Shown here piece by piece: positions 30,501 to 40,496 of a DNA stretch of 64,000 nt. Below the pieces are notes generated by a model. That model was given only the letters and a program-made list of their open reading frames with translations. It was not told the DNA's origin and ran no database searches. This stretch comes from an uncultured Gemmataceae bacterium (lineage in GTDB: Bacteria; Planctomycetota; Planctomycetia; Gemmatales; Gemmataceae). Made by a program: the position numbers and the translations under genes. The stretch covers positions 1,184,001 to 1,248,000 of the forward strand of contig CAVVPN010000011.1 in NCBI GenBank assembly GCA_963750165.1, given 5' to 3'. Numbering within the stretch: position 1 is the stretch's first letter; each line of letters opens with the position of its first letter.

Positions 30501-33500
30501 GCCGTCGGCAGCCACCCCATCACCGCCACCTTCGCCACCCAGGGGAACTTCACCACCAGCACCTCCCTCTCGGTCACCCAGAACGTCGTCAGCTCCCTCC
30601 AGGTAGACTCGGCGACTCTCGCGGGCAACTACGTCCAGCTGGTCTTCGACGGCCCCGTCGATCCCAACACCACCCAGCTGTTCTACAGCCCCGGCGCCAC
30701 CGCCGTGGCGCCGAACATCACCCTGACCGGCCCGGGCGGCAGCGTCAAGGGCTCGCTGCTCATCGACGCCACCCATCCCAACGTCGCCACCTTCGTCGCC
30801 ACCGCGGGCGAACTGGCTCCCGGCAACTACACCGTCGCCGTCACCAACTCCGTCAAGGCCGTCGGCGGGGCCACCCTCGCCAGCAATTACAGCCAGCCCC
30901 TCACCGTCGCCAGCCCGCTCGTCACCCCGGTGGTCACCGCCGCTTTCGTCGCCCGCGGGCCCGGCCAGACCGTCAACATCCCCAACTCCAGCACCGGACT
31001 GCCCATCACCCTGAGCGGCATCACCTCCGCCGTCCAGTCCCTCTCCTTCACCCTGACCTATGACCCGACCCTCCTCAGCGTGACGGCGGCCACCCTCTCG
31101 ACCGACGCCGCCAGCAACGGCAACCTCGTCCTCAACCCGATCAGCTTCACCAGCATCGACGCCCACCACATGCTGATCACCTTCACCATCGTCGGCGGCA
31201 GCGGCGGCGGCCACTGGAACCCCAGCGGCGGCACCGGCACCCTGCTCACCCTCACCGCCACCGTGCCCCAGAACGCCCCCTACACCGACAAGGCCCTGCT
31301 CGCCACCCAGAGCGTCGTCCTCAACGGCACCGCGGCCCAGGGCGATGACGCCATCGACGTCAACGCCTACCAGGGCGATATCGATGGCTCCCACACCTAC
31401 ACCGGCCTGGACGCCTCCCTCATCGACCGGGTCAGCGTCGGTCAGGGCACCGGCTTCAGCGTCTTCAAGGATCTCGATCCCTGGATCATCGGCAGCGTCA
31501 CCGCCAGTGGCACCCTGGGCGTCACCGGCCTCGACGCCGCCGATGTCGATAAGGCCGCCGTCGGCTCCTTCCCCAGCGTCATTCCCCAACCGCCCACCGG
31601 CTTCACCATCACCGGCCCGCTCGGCCCCGACCCCCGGCTCTACCTCGCCGCCGCCACCGGCGGCGACGGCCAGACCGTTACCGTTCAGGAACGCTTCAAC
31701 GTCTCCGGTGCCGATCCCAGCACCGAGATCGATGCCATCGACTCGGTCATCGAGTACGACCCCAGCAAATTCACGGTCTCCAACATCCGCGCCGGCTCAC
31801 TGCTGCCGGGCTTCAGCGTCACCACCAACGTGGATGCCGTCCACGGCGTCATCCGCGTCAGCGAGTTCACCGCCAACCCGGCGCAGGCCCCCAACCCCAC
31901 CGATGGCGATGTGCTCCTCCTCGACTTCACCGTCAACAGCAGCGCCCCACTCGGCCCCTCGCCGCTCAAGCTGGCCGCCAGCTACACCGACGCCAACAAC
32001 ACCAGCACCACCACCGCCGTCTACAACGCCACCAGCGCCCTGACGCTCGGGCCGGCGCCGCAGAACCCCAGCACCCTGCCCCTGAGCGGCAGCACCGTCA
32101 GCCCCTTCGTCACCAACGTGGACAACTACTTCAGCGTCGTCGGCCACAGCGGCACCGAGGGCTTCCCGGCCAACACCACGGCCACGGCCGGCGGCACCGT
32201 CACCATCCCCATCAACTTCAGCAACGGCCCGGTTCCCTTCGACATCGCCGCCGTCGATAACGCCATCAAGTTCAACCCGCTGCTGCTGCAGGTCACCAAC
32301 GTCACCGTCGGCAGCCTGCTGATGGGCTTCAGCCTGACCACCAACGTGGATAACACCAACGGCGTGCTGCGCACCAGCGAGTTCACCGCCAACGAGGCGG
32401 CGGTCAGCGGCGGCCAGGTCGGGGCGGTGCTGCAGATCACCTTCGCGGTCAATGGCTCGGCCAGCGGTAGCATCCCGCTGTACATCCTGCAGTCCTACAC
32501 CGACAGCAACAACACCACGACCACGACCGCGGTTTACGACGACAACGGCGCCATCACGCTGACGCCGGCGCCGCAGGGCACCGGCAGCAACCCCGTGTTC
32601 GTGACCGGCGTGGATGGCAACCTCAACATCGTGGTGCAGCCCAACCAGCCGCCCTACGCCAGCCTGCCGGTGCCGGCGGTCATCCCGGAGGCGCTGTTCA
32701 ACCCGGCGGCCCACGCCGGCCTGCAGACGGTTACGCCCAACACCGTGGCCTTCTCCGCAGCCACTGGCGACGCCATCATCGTGACCGACAGCGACTACAC
32801 CGCGAGCGGCTCCCCCGAGACGACGACGCTGACCCTGACCGGTTCGCCGGCGGGCACCTCGAGCGGCCCGGTGGGCACGCTGACGGCAGCGGCCAGCGGC
32901 CAGGCCATGGTCAGCGGCGGCGGCACGCAGCCGCTGGTCATCACCGGCAGCCCGAGCGACATCACGGCCACGCTCAGCAGCCTGGTGTACACGCCGGGCC
33001 CGGGCTTCTTCGGCACGGCGACGCTGACGGTGAGCACCACCGACAACGGCAACAGCGGCTACGGCGGTTCGCTGACGGATGTCCGCTCCACGAGCATCAC
33101 CGTGGTCGGCCTGTTCCTGAGTGAGATCGACACACTCAAGGGCAACACGACCAACCCCAGCCAGTACATTGAGATCTTCTCGACGGTGCCCAGCTACACC
33201 ATCCCGCCGGGCGTGTACCTGACGGGCATCAACGGGGTCTCGGGCAGCACGCCGGCTGCGGGTGTGCTGGCCGACATCTTCAACCTGAGCGGTTTCACGA
33301 CCGGCAGCAACGGCTACCTGGCGCTGCTGCAGAAGAACGAGAAGTACAGCAGCGGCGGCTTTGAGGTGGCTGGTGGCAACCAGCTGGACAACAGCGGTAC
33401 GGGGGTCGGGTTCGGCAGCGGTAACACGAGCAAGTTCGGCACGGTCACCGGCGTGCATACCGGCAGCACCCGGCCGACCGGCCAGCTGGCCACCGACATC

Positions 33501-34844
33501 CTCCTGACGGGGGCGGAGAGCTTCCTGCTCATTCAGACGCCGACGGCGCCGACGACGACGACGAACATTGATCCGGCCAACACTGGCAACCCGAGCAACC
33601 AGACATCGGCGTACAACGGCTGGAACGTGCTGGACTCGGTGGGCATCCTGGACAGCGCCAGCACCAGCCACGCGTACGCGGCGATCACCTTCAAGCCGAC
33701 GGGGGCGACCGGCACGACGCTGGCGGGCTCGAACGTGGTGAACACGGGCACCTGGGTGGCGAACTACGTGGGCCGCATCGCCCAGAACACCGGCAGCAGC
33801 GGCGCCGACTGGCTGGGCAGCGTGGTCACCGGCACGCCGAGCAGCGGCATGTTCTTCCTGGGGAGCCCGAACAGCACGGCGTTCGCGGGACAGCCGCTGA
33901 ACAGCATCGGCGGGCCGAACGACTGGGCGCCGCAGTTAACGGTGGCGGTGAACGACGACAGTTCCAACCAGCACTCGCAGGTGGCGGAGCTGACGCTGAC
34001 GTTCAGCACGCCGGTGAACATCGTCGATCTGGCGAGCGACTTCGTGCTCAAGGATGCGTCGGGCAACCCGCTGAGCATCAACGTCAGCGACCCGGTCAGC
34101 GGGGCGACCACGGAGGGGGCCAGCGGCCCGGTGCCGGACAGCGGAGCGACGCAACTGTTCGTCACCTTCAACGCCGACGCGACGCACACGTTCAACTTCA
34201 TCACGCCGTACCTGGACCAGTTCGGCAACACGCTGACGGTCGGCTTGGTGGACGGCAACTACTTCCTGAACACGAAGGTGGCCGACATCAGCGCCGCCAG
34301 CAATAGTGCGGTGCTGCTGGACGGTGCCAAAAACGGCATGAGCGGCAGCACGACAAGCGGGACCGGCAACCTCAACGGCAACGGCGTCAACCAGGTGGAC
34401 GAGTTCTGGCGGCTGTTCGGCGACACGGAGGGGCGGCGGCAGGTGGATGGTGTGGACACGACGAACTTCCGCACGGTGAACGGCGTGACCCAGGAAACCA
34501 GTGGGATGACGGCGGGGATCACGGCGGCGAGCGAGTCGAACAACACGGTGACGATCACGACCTCGGCGCCGAGTGGTTTCCTGATGGGCGAGATCGTGAA
34601 CATCGTGGGTCTGCCGGCGGGGTACAACGGCTCGTTCGTGATCCTGTCGGTGAACGGCAACACGTTCACGTACATGGCGCCGACGAGCGGTCTGACGGCG
34701 GTGACCAACCCGACGGGGGCGGCGGCGACGCTGAACTCGTACCAGTGGTATCTGGACTACAATGAGGACGGCAACATCGACGTGGGCAACACGCTTGAGC
34801 AGACCCAGCTGATTAACCGCCTGTTCACGCAACTGCCCGCGTGA
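15545..34844 (+). CDS. Giant secreted surface protein, ~6,430 aa after repairing frameshifts near 20962 and 26358: LEPR-XLL-type leader, five beta-helix-like modules, Ig-like, cohesin-like and dockerin-like modules, cadherin-like and lamin-tail-like domains
   Basis: Leader RRKRHLHLEQLETREVPA. ORFs 15530-20977, 20974-26364 and 26367-34844 join on adding one G each; the first repair restores GWTGAGTMTVTGP, matching paralogous GWTGNGTSTVTGP. Repeats LTKAGTGNLTL and YxGGDGNDV. Confidence 0.85.
21439..27041 (+). repeat. Near-identical ~460-bp direct repeat inside the giant gene (21439-21900 and 26580-27041)
   Basis: Both copies encode ANAGAGGVYLAEADGASVTATATGAGNVS...ILWSNDPSYTAF with only scattered substitutions; a more diverged copy lies at ~18610-19045. 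Confidence 0.85.
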
Positions 34845-34884
34845 GTCCCGCCCCGGCGGGTGACCCTCCGACTGTTGAAAACGC

Positions 34885-34924
34885 CAGGGGCCTCACGCGG
34901 TTCGTGAACCGCGTGAGGCCCCTG
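34885..34924. terminator. Hairpin between convergent genes (probable bidirectional terminator)
   Basis: CAGGGGCCTCACGCGGTTC-gt-GAACCGCGTGAGGCCCCTG. Confidence 0.65.
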
Positions 34925-34968
34925 ACGTTCCGGCCTCGCGCCACGGGCGGCACGGGGCCGGCGCTGCG

Positions 34969-35409
34969 TTAATCCAGACGGATCGCCGGCACCGTGGTTC
35001 CTTCCGCGTCCTCCTTGACCTGCACACGGATGCGCGACGCTTTGGGGTCGGCGTAGCGGCCCGCCAGGTGATCGACTTCTTCTTCCTTGCCCGGCAACGG
35101 CTTGCCCCACACGACCGTCACCGCGTATTCGCCCACCGGGGCGCCGTCATCCGTTTTGTAAGTGGTGAGCCGGAAGGAGCCGTCCTTCTGCACGGTGCCA
35201 CGCGGATAGCCCTTTGGCCAGAGTTTGCTGTCCGCATCGCGAACGGGCGTGAAGACGACCAGTGCCCCGACCGCCGGCTGCTTCTTGACGAAGACCTGTC
35301 CGCTCACCGGAAACACGGGCTTCTGGTCCTCGCCGCCGCCGCAGGCGGAACAACCCAGCGCCAGCAGCACGCCGAACAGCGCACCGCGGCACGACGAAAA
35401 AACGTTCAT
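34969..35409 (-). CDS. Carboxypeptidase-regulatory-like-domain lipoprotein (typical DUF1559 partner)
   Basis: Lipobox-like LALGCSACGG, PVSGQVFV, DGSFRLTTY..DGAPVGEYAVTVVW, RYADP. Confidence 0.85.
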   Translation of the reverse strand: MNVFSSCRGALFGVLLALGCSACGGGEDQKPVFPVSGQVFVKKQPAVGALVVFTPVRDADSKLWPKGYPRGTVQKDGSFRLTTYKTDDGAPVGEYAVTVVWGKPLPGKEEEVDHLAGRYADPKASRIRVQVKEDAEGTTVPAIRLD

Positions 35410-35505
35410 GTTGCTCCTTCGTGAGAGCACCCCGCGAATGCGTGGGCCACGTGGAACCTGGAGCGGACCTCGGGGCGCCGGGCAGCGCCCCAAAAATCGC
35501 GACCC

Positions 35506-36427
35506 TCAGTCCGTATTCGTATTCACCTCGCCGCCGGCGCGGGTGATCAGGTTGGAGACCAACTGATCGCTCAGGCCGGAGCTGAGGAAGCGCACGGAGG
35601 CGTCGGCGAAGACGACGTTGGCGCCACCGGAGTGGAAGCTGAAAATCTCATTGTCGTTGGTGCAGTTGATGGAACACGAGCCGGGGTTGGTCGCGCCGTC
35701 CGCCGTGAAGGTGTGGGTGATGTACTCTGCGTTGCGATCCGCCCAGCCGCCGTCGTTCTGGCCGAGGCCAAGATACTTGTTCCCAGTGCGGTACTGACCG
35801 GGGCGGCCAGCGTCCTCGGCGATCACCAGCGTGTTGGAGGTGCCGTCGCGGATATCGATCATGCGGCACAGGAAGTCCACCGCCATGATGCCGGCACGGT
35901 TGGCCACCGGCTGCACCAGGCCGATATTGATCGGGCCGGTGTCGATGGCGTTGTCCGGCGCGTAGTCGCCGGCGACCACCAGGATGTTGTTGGAAGTGTA
36001 TGTCCGTTCGGACAGCGGTACCGAGGGGCAGGTCATGACCGACAGCGGCTGTCCCACCACCGGTCCGTTGGCGGGGTTGTTCCAGCTGATGTTGAAATTG
36101 TACCGATTGTACAGGTTCTCCTGCTCCAGGCTGCGGCAGGATGAACACCGCCCAGCCGTGCACGACGCCGCCCGGGATGCCGAGACGCGCATTCGCCTGG
36201 GTGATGCCGCCTGGCGGGAAGAACTTGTTGGTGCCGACGTAGTTGTGCAGGGCCTTGCCGATCTGGCTGAGGTTGTTCTTGCACTGGGTGTTGGCTGCCG
36301 CTTCCCGGACCTTTTGCACGGCGGGCAGGAGCAGGCCAATCAGGATGGCGATGATGGCGATGACCACCAGCAACTCGATCAGCGTGAAGCCGCGATAGCG
36401 ATTTCGTCGGGTGTGGGTCAAGGTCAC
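35506..36427 (-). CDS. DUF1559 prepilin-type N-terminal cleavage/methylation protein (frameshift near 36132)
   Basis: [76 protein letters not shown]. Confidence 0.92.
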
Positions 36428-36597
36428 AGCGTCTTCCTTGGGAACATGGAGGGTGGGTTGTAAGAAGAGAGGAATAGTAGCCCGCCAGGAAGAGCGTTTG
36501 GTGAGGGCGACGCAAAGATCTCCGGAAGATGTCGATCCGACGGTATGCCTGAATCTTCACCCGTTGTCGTCCGGCGCGAACGCCGCCTCGTCGCGCA

Positions 36598-37034
36598 TCA
36601 GGGCGAAGCGCTCCCGCAGCGCCCCATCGCTGCCAGCAGGCCGGGTCGTGGACCGACAGGTTCAGCGCAGCCTGGCGCAAGGCCGTCACGGTGAAAGGAG
36701 ATGCCCCAGGAGACCTCGCCCCAATTCCAGGCGGCCTGGTTGAACAGGCGGAAGGCGCGGGAGTGGTCCTCGGCGGCGGCGCGGCCGGTGGTCTCCCAGA
36801 GCCATGAGAGGGTGCGGCGGCCGAGGCAGACGACCCAGGCGGCGAAGACCTCGGGGCGGAAGCAAGGACATGGGGGCTCTAGCAGAGCGGCGAGGCTGGG
36901 GGTAAGCTGAACCATGAGCAGGCCCTCCCGGCATTGGTACGACCGTGGATGTGACCTGTAGCGATCATACCAAACCTCCAGCCGTGGGCCAGCTCTTGCT
37001 ATTTCCCTTGTCCGTTGTAAATGCCAAACTCTAG
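36598..37034 (-). mobile_element. Internally deleted transposase remnant, probably IS701/IS4-like
   Basis: MVQLTPSLAALLEP..CFRPEVF..WVVCLGRRTLSWLWETTGRA..EDHSRAFRLFNQAAWNW (start 36915) resembles a DDE transposase N-terminus; possible end ATGCCAAACTCTAG at 37021-37034. Confidence 0.55.
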
Positions 37035-37075
37035 TCAGAGGCAAGGAACGGCCTGGTGAACAGGATACATTGGCC

Positions 37076-38218
37076 ATGAAAAAGAAAACACTGTTTGTCG
37101 GCATCGCGCTGGCGCTGTCCGTCGCCGCCGGTCTGGGCTACTGGTGGAGCCTGAACAAACCGCCCCAGGGGCTGAGTCTGCCCGGCGTGGTCGAAATTCA
37201 GGAAGTCCGGCTGGCCAGCAAGGTCGGCGGTCGCGTGGCAAAGATTGCGGTCGCGGAGGGCGATCTGGTGTCGCCGGGCCAGCCGCTGGTGTACTTCGAG
37301 GTGCCCGAACTGCTGGCCCAGCGCGACCAGCAGCGGGCGCGCTACGAACAGGCCGTCAAGAACTACGAGAAGGCCGTCAGCGGGCCGCGGCCGCAGGAGA
37401 AGGCGGCGGCGCAGGCGGCGGCCGCGGCGGCACAGGCGAAGTACGAACGCCTGAAGGCGGGCTATCGCACGGAGGAGGTGCAGGCGGCCCTGGAGGATTG
37501 GCGGAGCGCCGAGGCGGACTTCGATCAGGCGCGGAAGGACCTGGTTCGGGCCGAGGAGCTGTTCCACATCAAGGGGGTGTCGAAGGCGGATTACGATGTC
37601 GCGCAGGCGGGGCGCGATCGCACCCGAGCCCGGACGCTGTCCGCCAAGGCGCGGTACGACATGCTCAAGGCCGGTTACCGTCCCGAGGAGATCGCCGAGG
37701 TGCTGCAGCAGTGGGTGCAGGCCCAGGCCAACGCCGAGTTGCTCGAAGCCGGCACCCGCGTGGAAGACATCTACATGGCCAAGGGGCGGATGGACGAGGC
37801 CAGGGCCAAACTGGACGAGCTGGAAGTCAACCTGAAAGAACAGGTCGTGTACGCCCGGGAGCGGTCGGTGGTTGAGGTGCTGGCGGTGCGCCAGGGCGAC
37901 GTGGTGCCGGCCAACCAGCCGGTGGTGCGCGTGCTGCGGGCGGAGGATCTGTGGGTCAAGGTGTTCGTGCCGGAGACGGAGCTGGGCAAGGTGCGGCTGC
38001 ACCAGCAGGTGGAGGTGACCGTGGACGCCTACCCGGAGCGACGCTTCCAGGGCGAGGTGATTCAGGTGGCCTCGATCAGCGAGTACACGCCGCGCAATGT
38101 CCAGAGTGCGGACGAGCGCCGCCATCAGGTCTTCGCGGTCAAGGTGCGCGTCGCCGACCCGCAGGGCGTCTTCAAGTCCGGCATGGCCGCCCAGGTCTGG
38201 CTGCCGCTGGCCGATTGA
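37076..38218 (+). CDS. HlyD-family periplasmic adaptor of an ABC efflux system
   Basis: N-terminal [20 protein letters not shown], long coiled coil, [17 protein letters not shown]. Confidence 0.92.
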   Translation: MKKKTLFVGIALALSVAAGLGYWWSLNKPPQGLSLPGVVEIQEVRLASKVGGRVAKIAVAEGDLVSPGQPLVYFEVPELLAQRDQQRARYEQAVKNYEKAVSGPRPQEKAAAQAAAAAAQAKYERLKAGYRTEEVQAALEDWRSAEADFDQARKDLVRAEELFHIKGVSKADYDVAQAGRDRTRARTLSAKARYDMLKAGYRPEEIAEVLQQWVQAQANAELLEAGTRVEDIYMAKGRMDEARAKLDELEVNLKEQVVYARERSVVEVLAVRQGDVVPANQPVVRVLRAEDLWVKVFVPETELGKVRLHQQVEVTVDAYPERRFQGEVIQVASISEYTPRNVQSADERRHQVFAVKVRVADPQGVFKSGMAAQVWLPLAD

Positions 38219-38288
38219 TCAATGTGTCGGAGCCCGAGCGCCAGCGCGGGCTCGGAAAGCGCTCGGGCTCGGAAAGAAAGGGGGTGAC

Positions 38289-39230
38289 ATGGCCGCCAAC
38301 CCGCAGCCGGTGATCGAGATCGACGACATCACCATCCGCTTCGGCACCTTTACCGCCGTGCAGCACGTGAGCCTGACGGTGACGCAGGGCGAGGTCTTCG
38401 GCCTGCTCGGCCCGAACGGCTCCGGCAAGACGACGCTGATCCGCGCGTTGTGCGGCCTGATCCGCTTCAGCGCCGGCCACGCCCGCGTCTTCGGCCAGGA
38501 TGTCGCCCGTCACGCCGAGGAGATTCGCGGCCGCATTGGCTACATGTCGCAGAAGTTCTCGCTCTACGAGGACCTGACGGCCCTGGAGAACATGGACTTT
38601 TACGCGGGCATCTACGGCCTGGCGCGGGCGGAGGCTCGCAGCCGCAAGGCAGAGTTGATCGACCTGACCGGCCTGGCTCCGTACCTGGACCGCCGTGCCG
38701 GCCGGCTGTCGGGCGGCTGGAAGCAACGGCTGGCGATGGCCTGCACCCTCCTGCACCGGCCGCGGCTGGTGTTCCTGGACGAGCCGACCGCCGGCGTCGA
38801 TCCGGTGGCCCGCCGCGAACTGTGGGACCTGCTGTTCCGCCTCGCCGCGGAGGGCATCACGCTGCTGGTGACGACGCATTACATGGACGAGGCCGAGCGC
38901 TGTGGCCGCGTCGGCTACCTGTATCTGTCGCGGCTGCTGGCGGTCGGCACGCCGGGCGAACTGCGGAAGCTGCCGCTCGTGACACCGCCGGACACGCGCC
39001 GTCTGGAGATCGTCAGCGGCGACACCGCGGCGTTGCTGGAGCGGTTGCGGCACACGCCGGGCGTGCGCGAAGCGACCATCTTCGGCCAGGCCGTCCACGC
39101 CCTGGTCGATGCTGGGCGCACCGACGAGCAGCTCGGCCTGACCGGTGTCCGCGTGCTGCCGGCGGAGGCCAACCTGGAAGACGTGTTCGTCACCCTCTCC
39201 CGCGCTCAGAACGCCCGGGCCGCGTCGTGA
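38289..39230 (+). CDS. ABC transporter ATP-binding protein
   Basis: [33 protein letters not shown]. Confidence 0.95.
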   Translation: MAANPQPVIEIDDITIRFGTFTAVQHVSLTVTQGEVFGLLGPNGSGKTTLIRALCGLIRFSAGHARVFGQDVARHAEEIRGRIGYMSQKFSLYEDLTALENMDFYAGIYGLARAEARSRKAELIDLTGLAPYLDRRAGRLSGGWKQRLAMACTLLHRPRLVFLDEPTAGVDPVARRELWDLLFRLAAEGITLLVTTHYMDEAERCGRVGYLYLSRLLAVGTPGELRKLPLVTPPDTRRLEIVSGDTAALLERLRHTPGVREATIFGQAVHALVDAGRTDEQLGLTGVRVLPAEANLEDVFVTLSRAQNARAAS

Positions 39231-39242
39231 ACCCGTGCTTGA

Positions 39243-39273
39243 CTCCCCTCTCCCCCTGAAAGGGGCGAGGGGA
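39243..39273. repeat. Short REP-like palindrome
   Basis: CTCCCCTCTCCCCCTGAAAGGGGCGAGGGGAG between the ATPase and permease genes. Confidence 0.5.
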
Positions 39274-39295
39274 GGACGAAAATAAGAGATCCGCC

Positions 39296-40411
39296 ATGTC
39301 CGGACTGTCGCTGCAGCGCACACTGTCGATCGCCCGCAAGGAGCTGTACCACATCCTGCGCGATCCGCAGGCACTGTTCTTCACGCTGTTCGTGCCGGTC
39401 GTGGAGCTGTTCCTGCTCGGCTTCGCCATCGAGACCAACGTCCGCCATGTGCGCACGGTCATCCTCGACCAGGCGTGTACGCAGGAGAGCCGGACGCTGC
39501 TGCGGAGCTTCGAGAACTCCGATGACTTCCAGGTCGTCGAGATCGTCCGCACGGATGAGGAACTGAACCGGGCCATCGTCGCCGGCCGGGCACGCGTCGG
39601 CGTCAAGATTCCGCACGACTTCTCGCAGAAATTGCTGGCCGGCCAGACCGCCCAGCTGCTGGTGCTGGTGGACGGCAGCGAGTCGAACATCGCTGCGGAG
39701 GCGCTCAACGTCAGCAACGCCCTGGCGCTGCGCGCGTCGCTGGAGCGGGCGCTCGGCGACCGGGAACTGCCGGTCGATTGCCGGCCGCGCATCCTGTTCA
39801 ACCCGGACACGAAATCGGCCTTCTTCTTCATCCCGGGGCTGATGGTGGTGATGACGCAGATGATGACGACCATGCTGGCCTCGAACGCCCTGGTGCGCGA
39901 GAAGGAGAAGGGCACGCTCGAGCAGCTGTTCATGACGCCAGTGCGGCCGACCGAGCTGATCGTCGGCAAGATGACGCCGTACATCGCCGTCGCCGGCATC
40001 GATTTTTGCATGATCGCGGTGCTGATGCAGGTGATCTTCGGCGTGCCGATCCGCGGCGCCTTCCTGACCCTGCTGGCGCTGGCGCTGCCGTTCATCCTCA
40101 CGATGCTCGGCGTCGGCATCTGGATTTCAACGAAGGCGGAGACGCGCGAGGCGGCGACGCAGCTGTCCATCGGCACCATCCTGCCGTCGGTGTTCCTGTC
40201 GGGCTATGTGTTCCCGTCCGACTCGATGCCGCTGTTTTTCAGCTACGTCTCCAAGGTGATCCCGACAACCTGGCTGATCGATGCGTCGCGCGGCGTGATC
40301 CTGCGCGGCGCCGGCTGGTCGGATTTGTGGGTGCATGCCCTGGTGCTCTGGACGATGGCCGTCGTCATGGTTGCGGCCAGCGCCTTCAAGTTCCGCAAGC
40401 AGGTAGGGTGA
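39296..40411 (+). CDS. ABC-2 type permease (YbhS/YbhR-like)
   Basis: RKELYHILRD, IPGL, REKEKGTLEQLFMTP, LSGYVFP; several TM segments. Confidence 0.93.
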   Translation: MSGLSLQRTLSIARKELYHILRDPQALFFTLFVPVVELFLLGFAIETNVRHVRTVILDQACTQESRTLLRSFENSDDFQVVEIVRTDEELNRAIVAGRARVGVKIPHDFSQKLLAGQTAQLLVLVDGSESNIAAEALNVSNALALRASLERALGDRELPVDCRPRILFNPDTKSAFFFIPGLMVVMTQMMTTMLASNALVREKEKGTLEQLFMTPVRPTELIVGKMTPYIAVAGIDFCMIAVLMQVIFGVPIRGAFLTLLALALPFILTMLGVGIWISTKAETREAATQLSIGTILPSVFLSGYVFPSDSMPLFFSYVSKVIPTTWLIDASRGVILRGAGWSDLWVHALVLWTMAVVMVAASAFKFRKQVG

Positions 40412-40496
40412 CGCACCGCTCCCGATTGCACGACGGACTGATATAACAATGGATTGCATTGCGCCCCCGACACACACAGTTGCCGAGGCTCTCCCC

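Noticed and set aside
15413..34832. Long minus-strand ORFs (up to 1094 aa) opposite the first giant gene
   Set aside because: Shadow frames caused by extreme GC3 bias of the sense strand; no motifs, implausible composition
36505..36560. GACGCAAAG...TCCGG resembling part of a c-di-GMP-I riboswitch
   Set aside because: Lacks the GGCAAACC/GAAA first stem and is on the wrong strand for the adjacent DUF1559 gene
37076..40411. ABC/HlyD operon as the secretion system for the giant proteins
   Set aside because: It is an ABC-2 (YbhG/F/S-like) efflux type without a fused T1SS ATPase, and the giant proteins have N-terminal leaders and no RTX repeats
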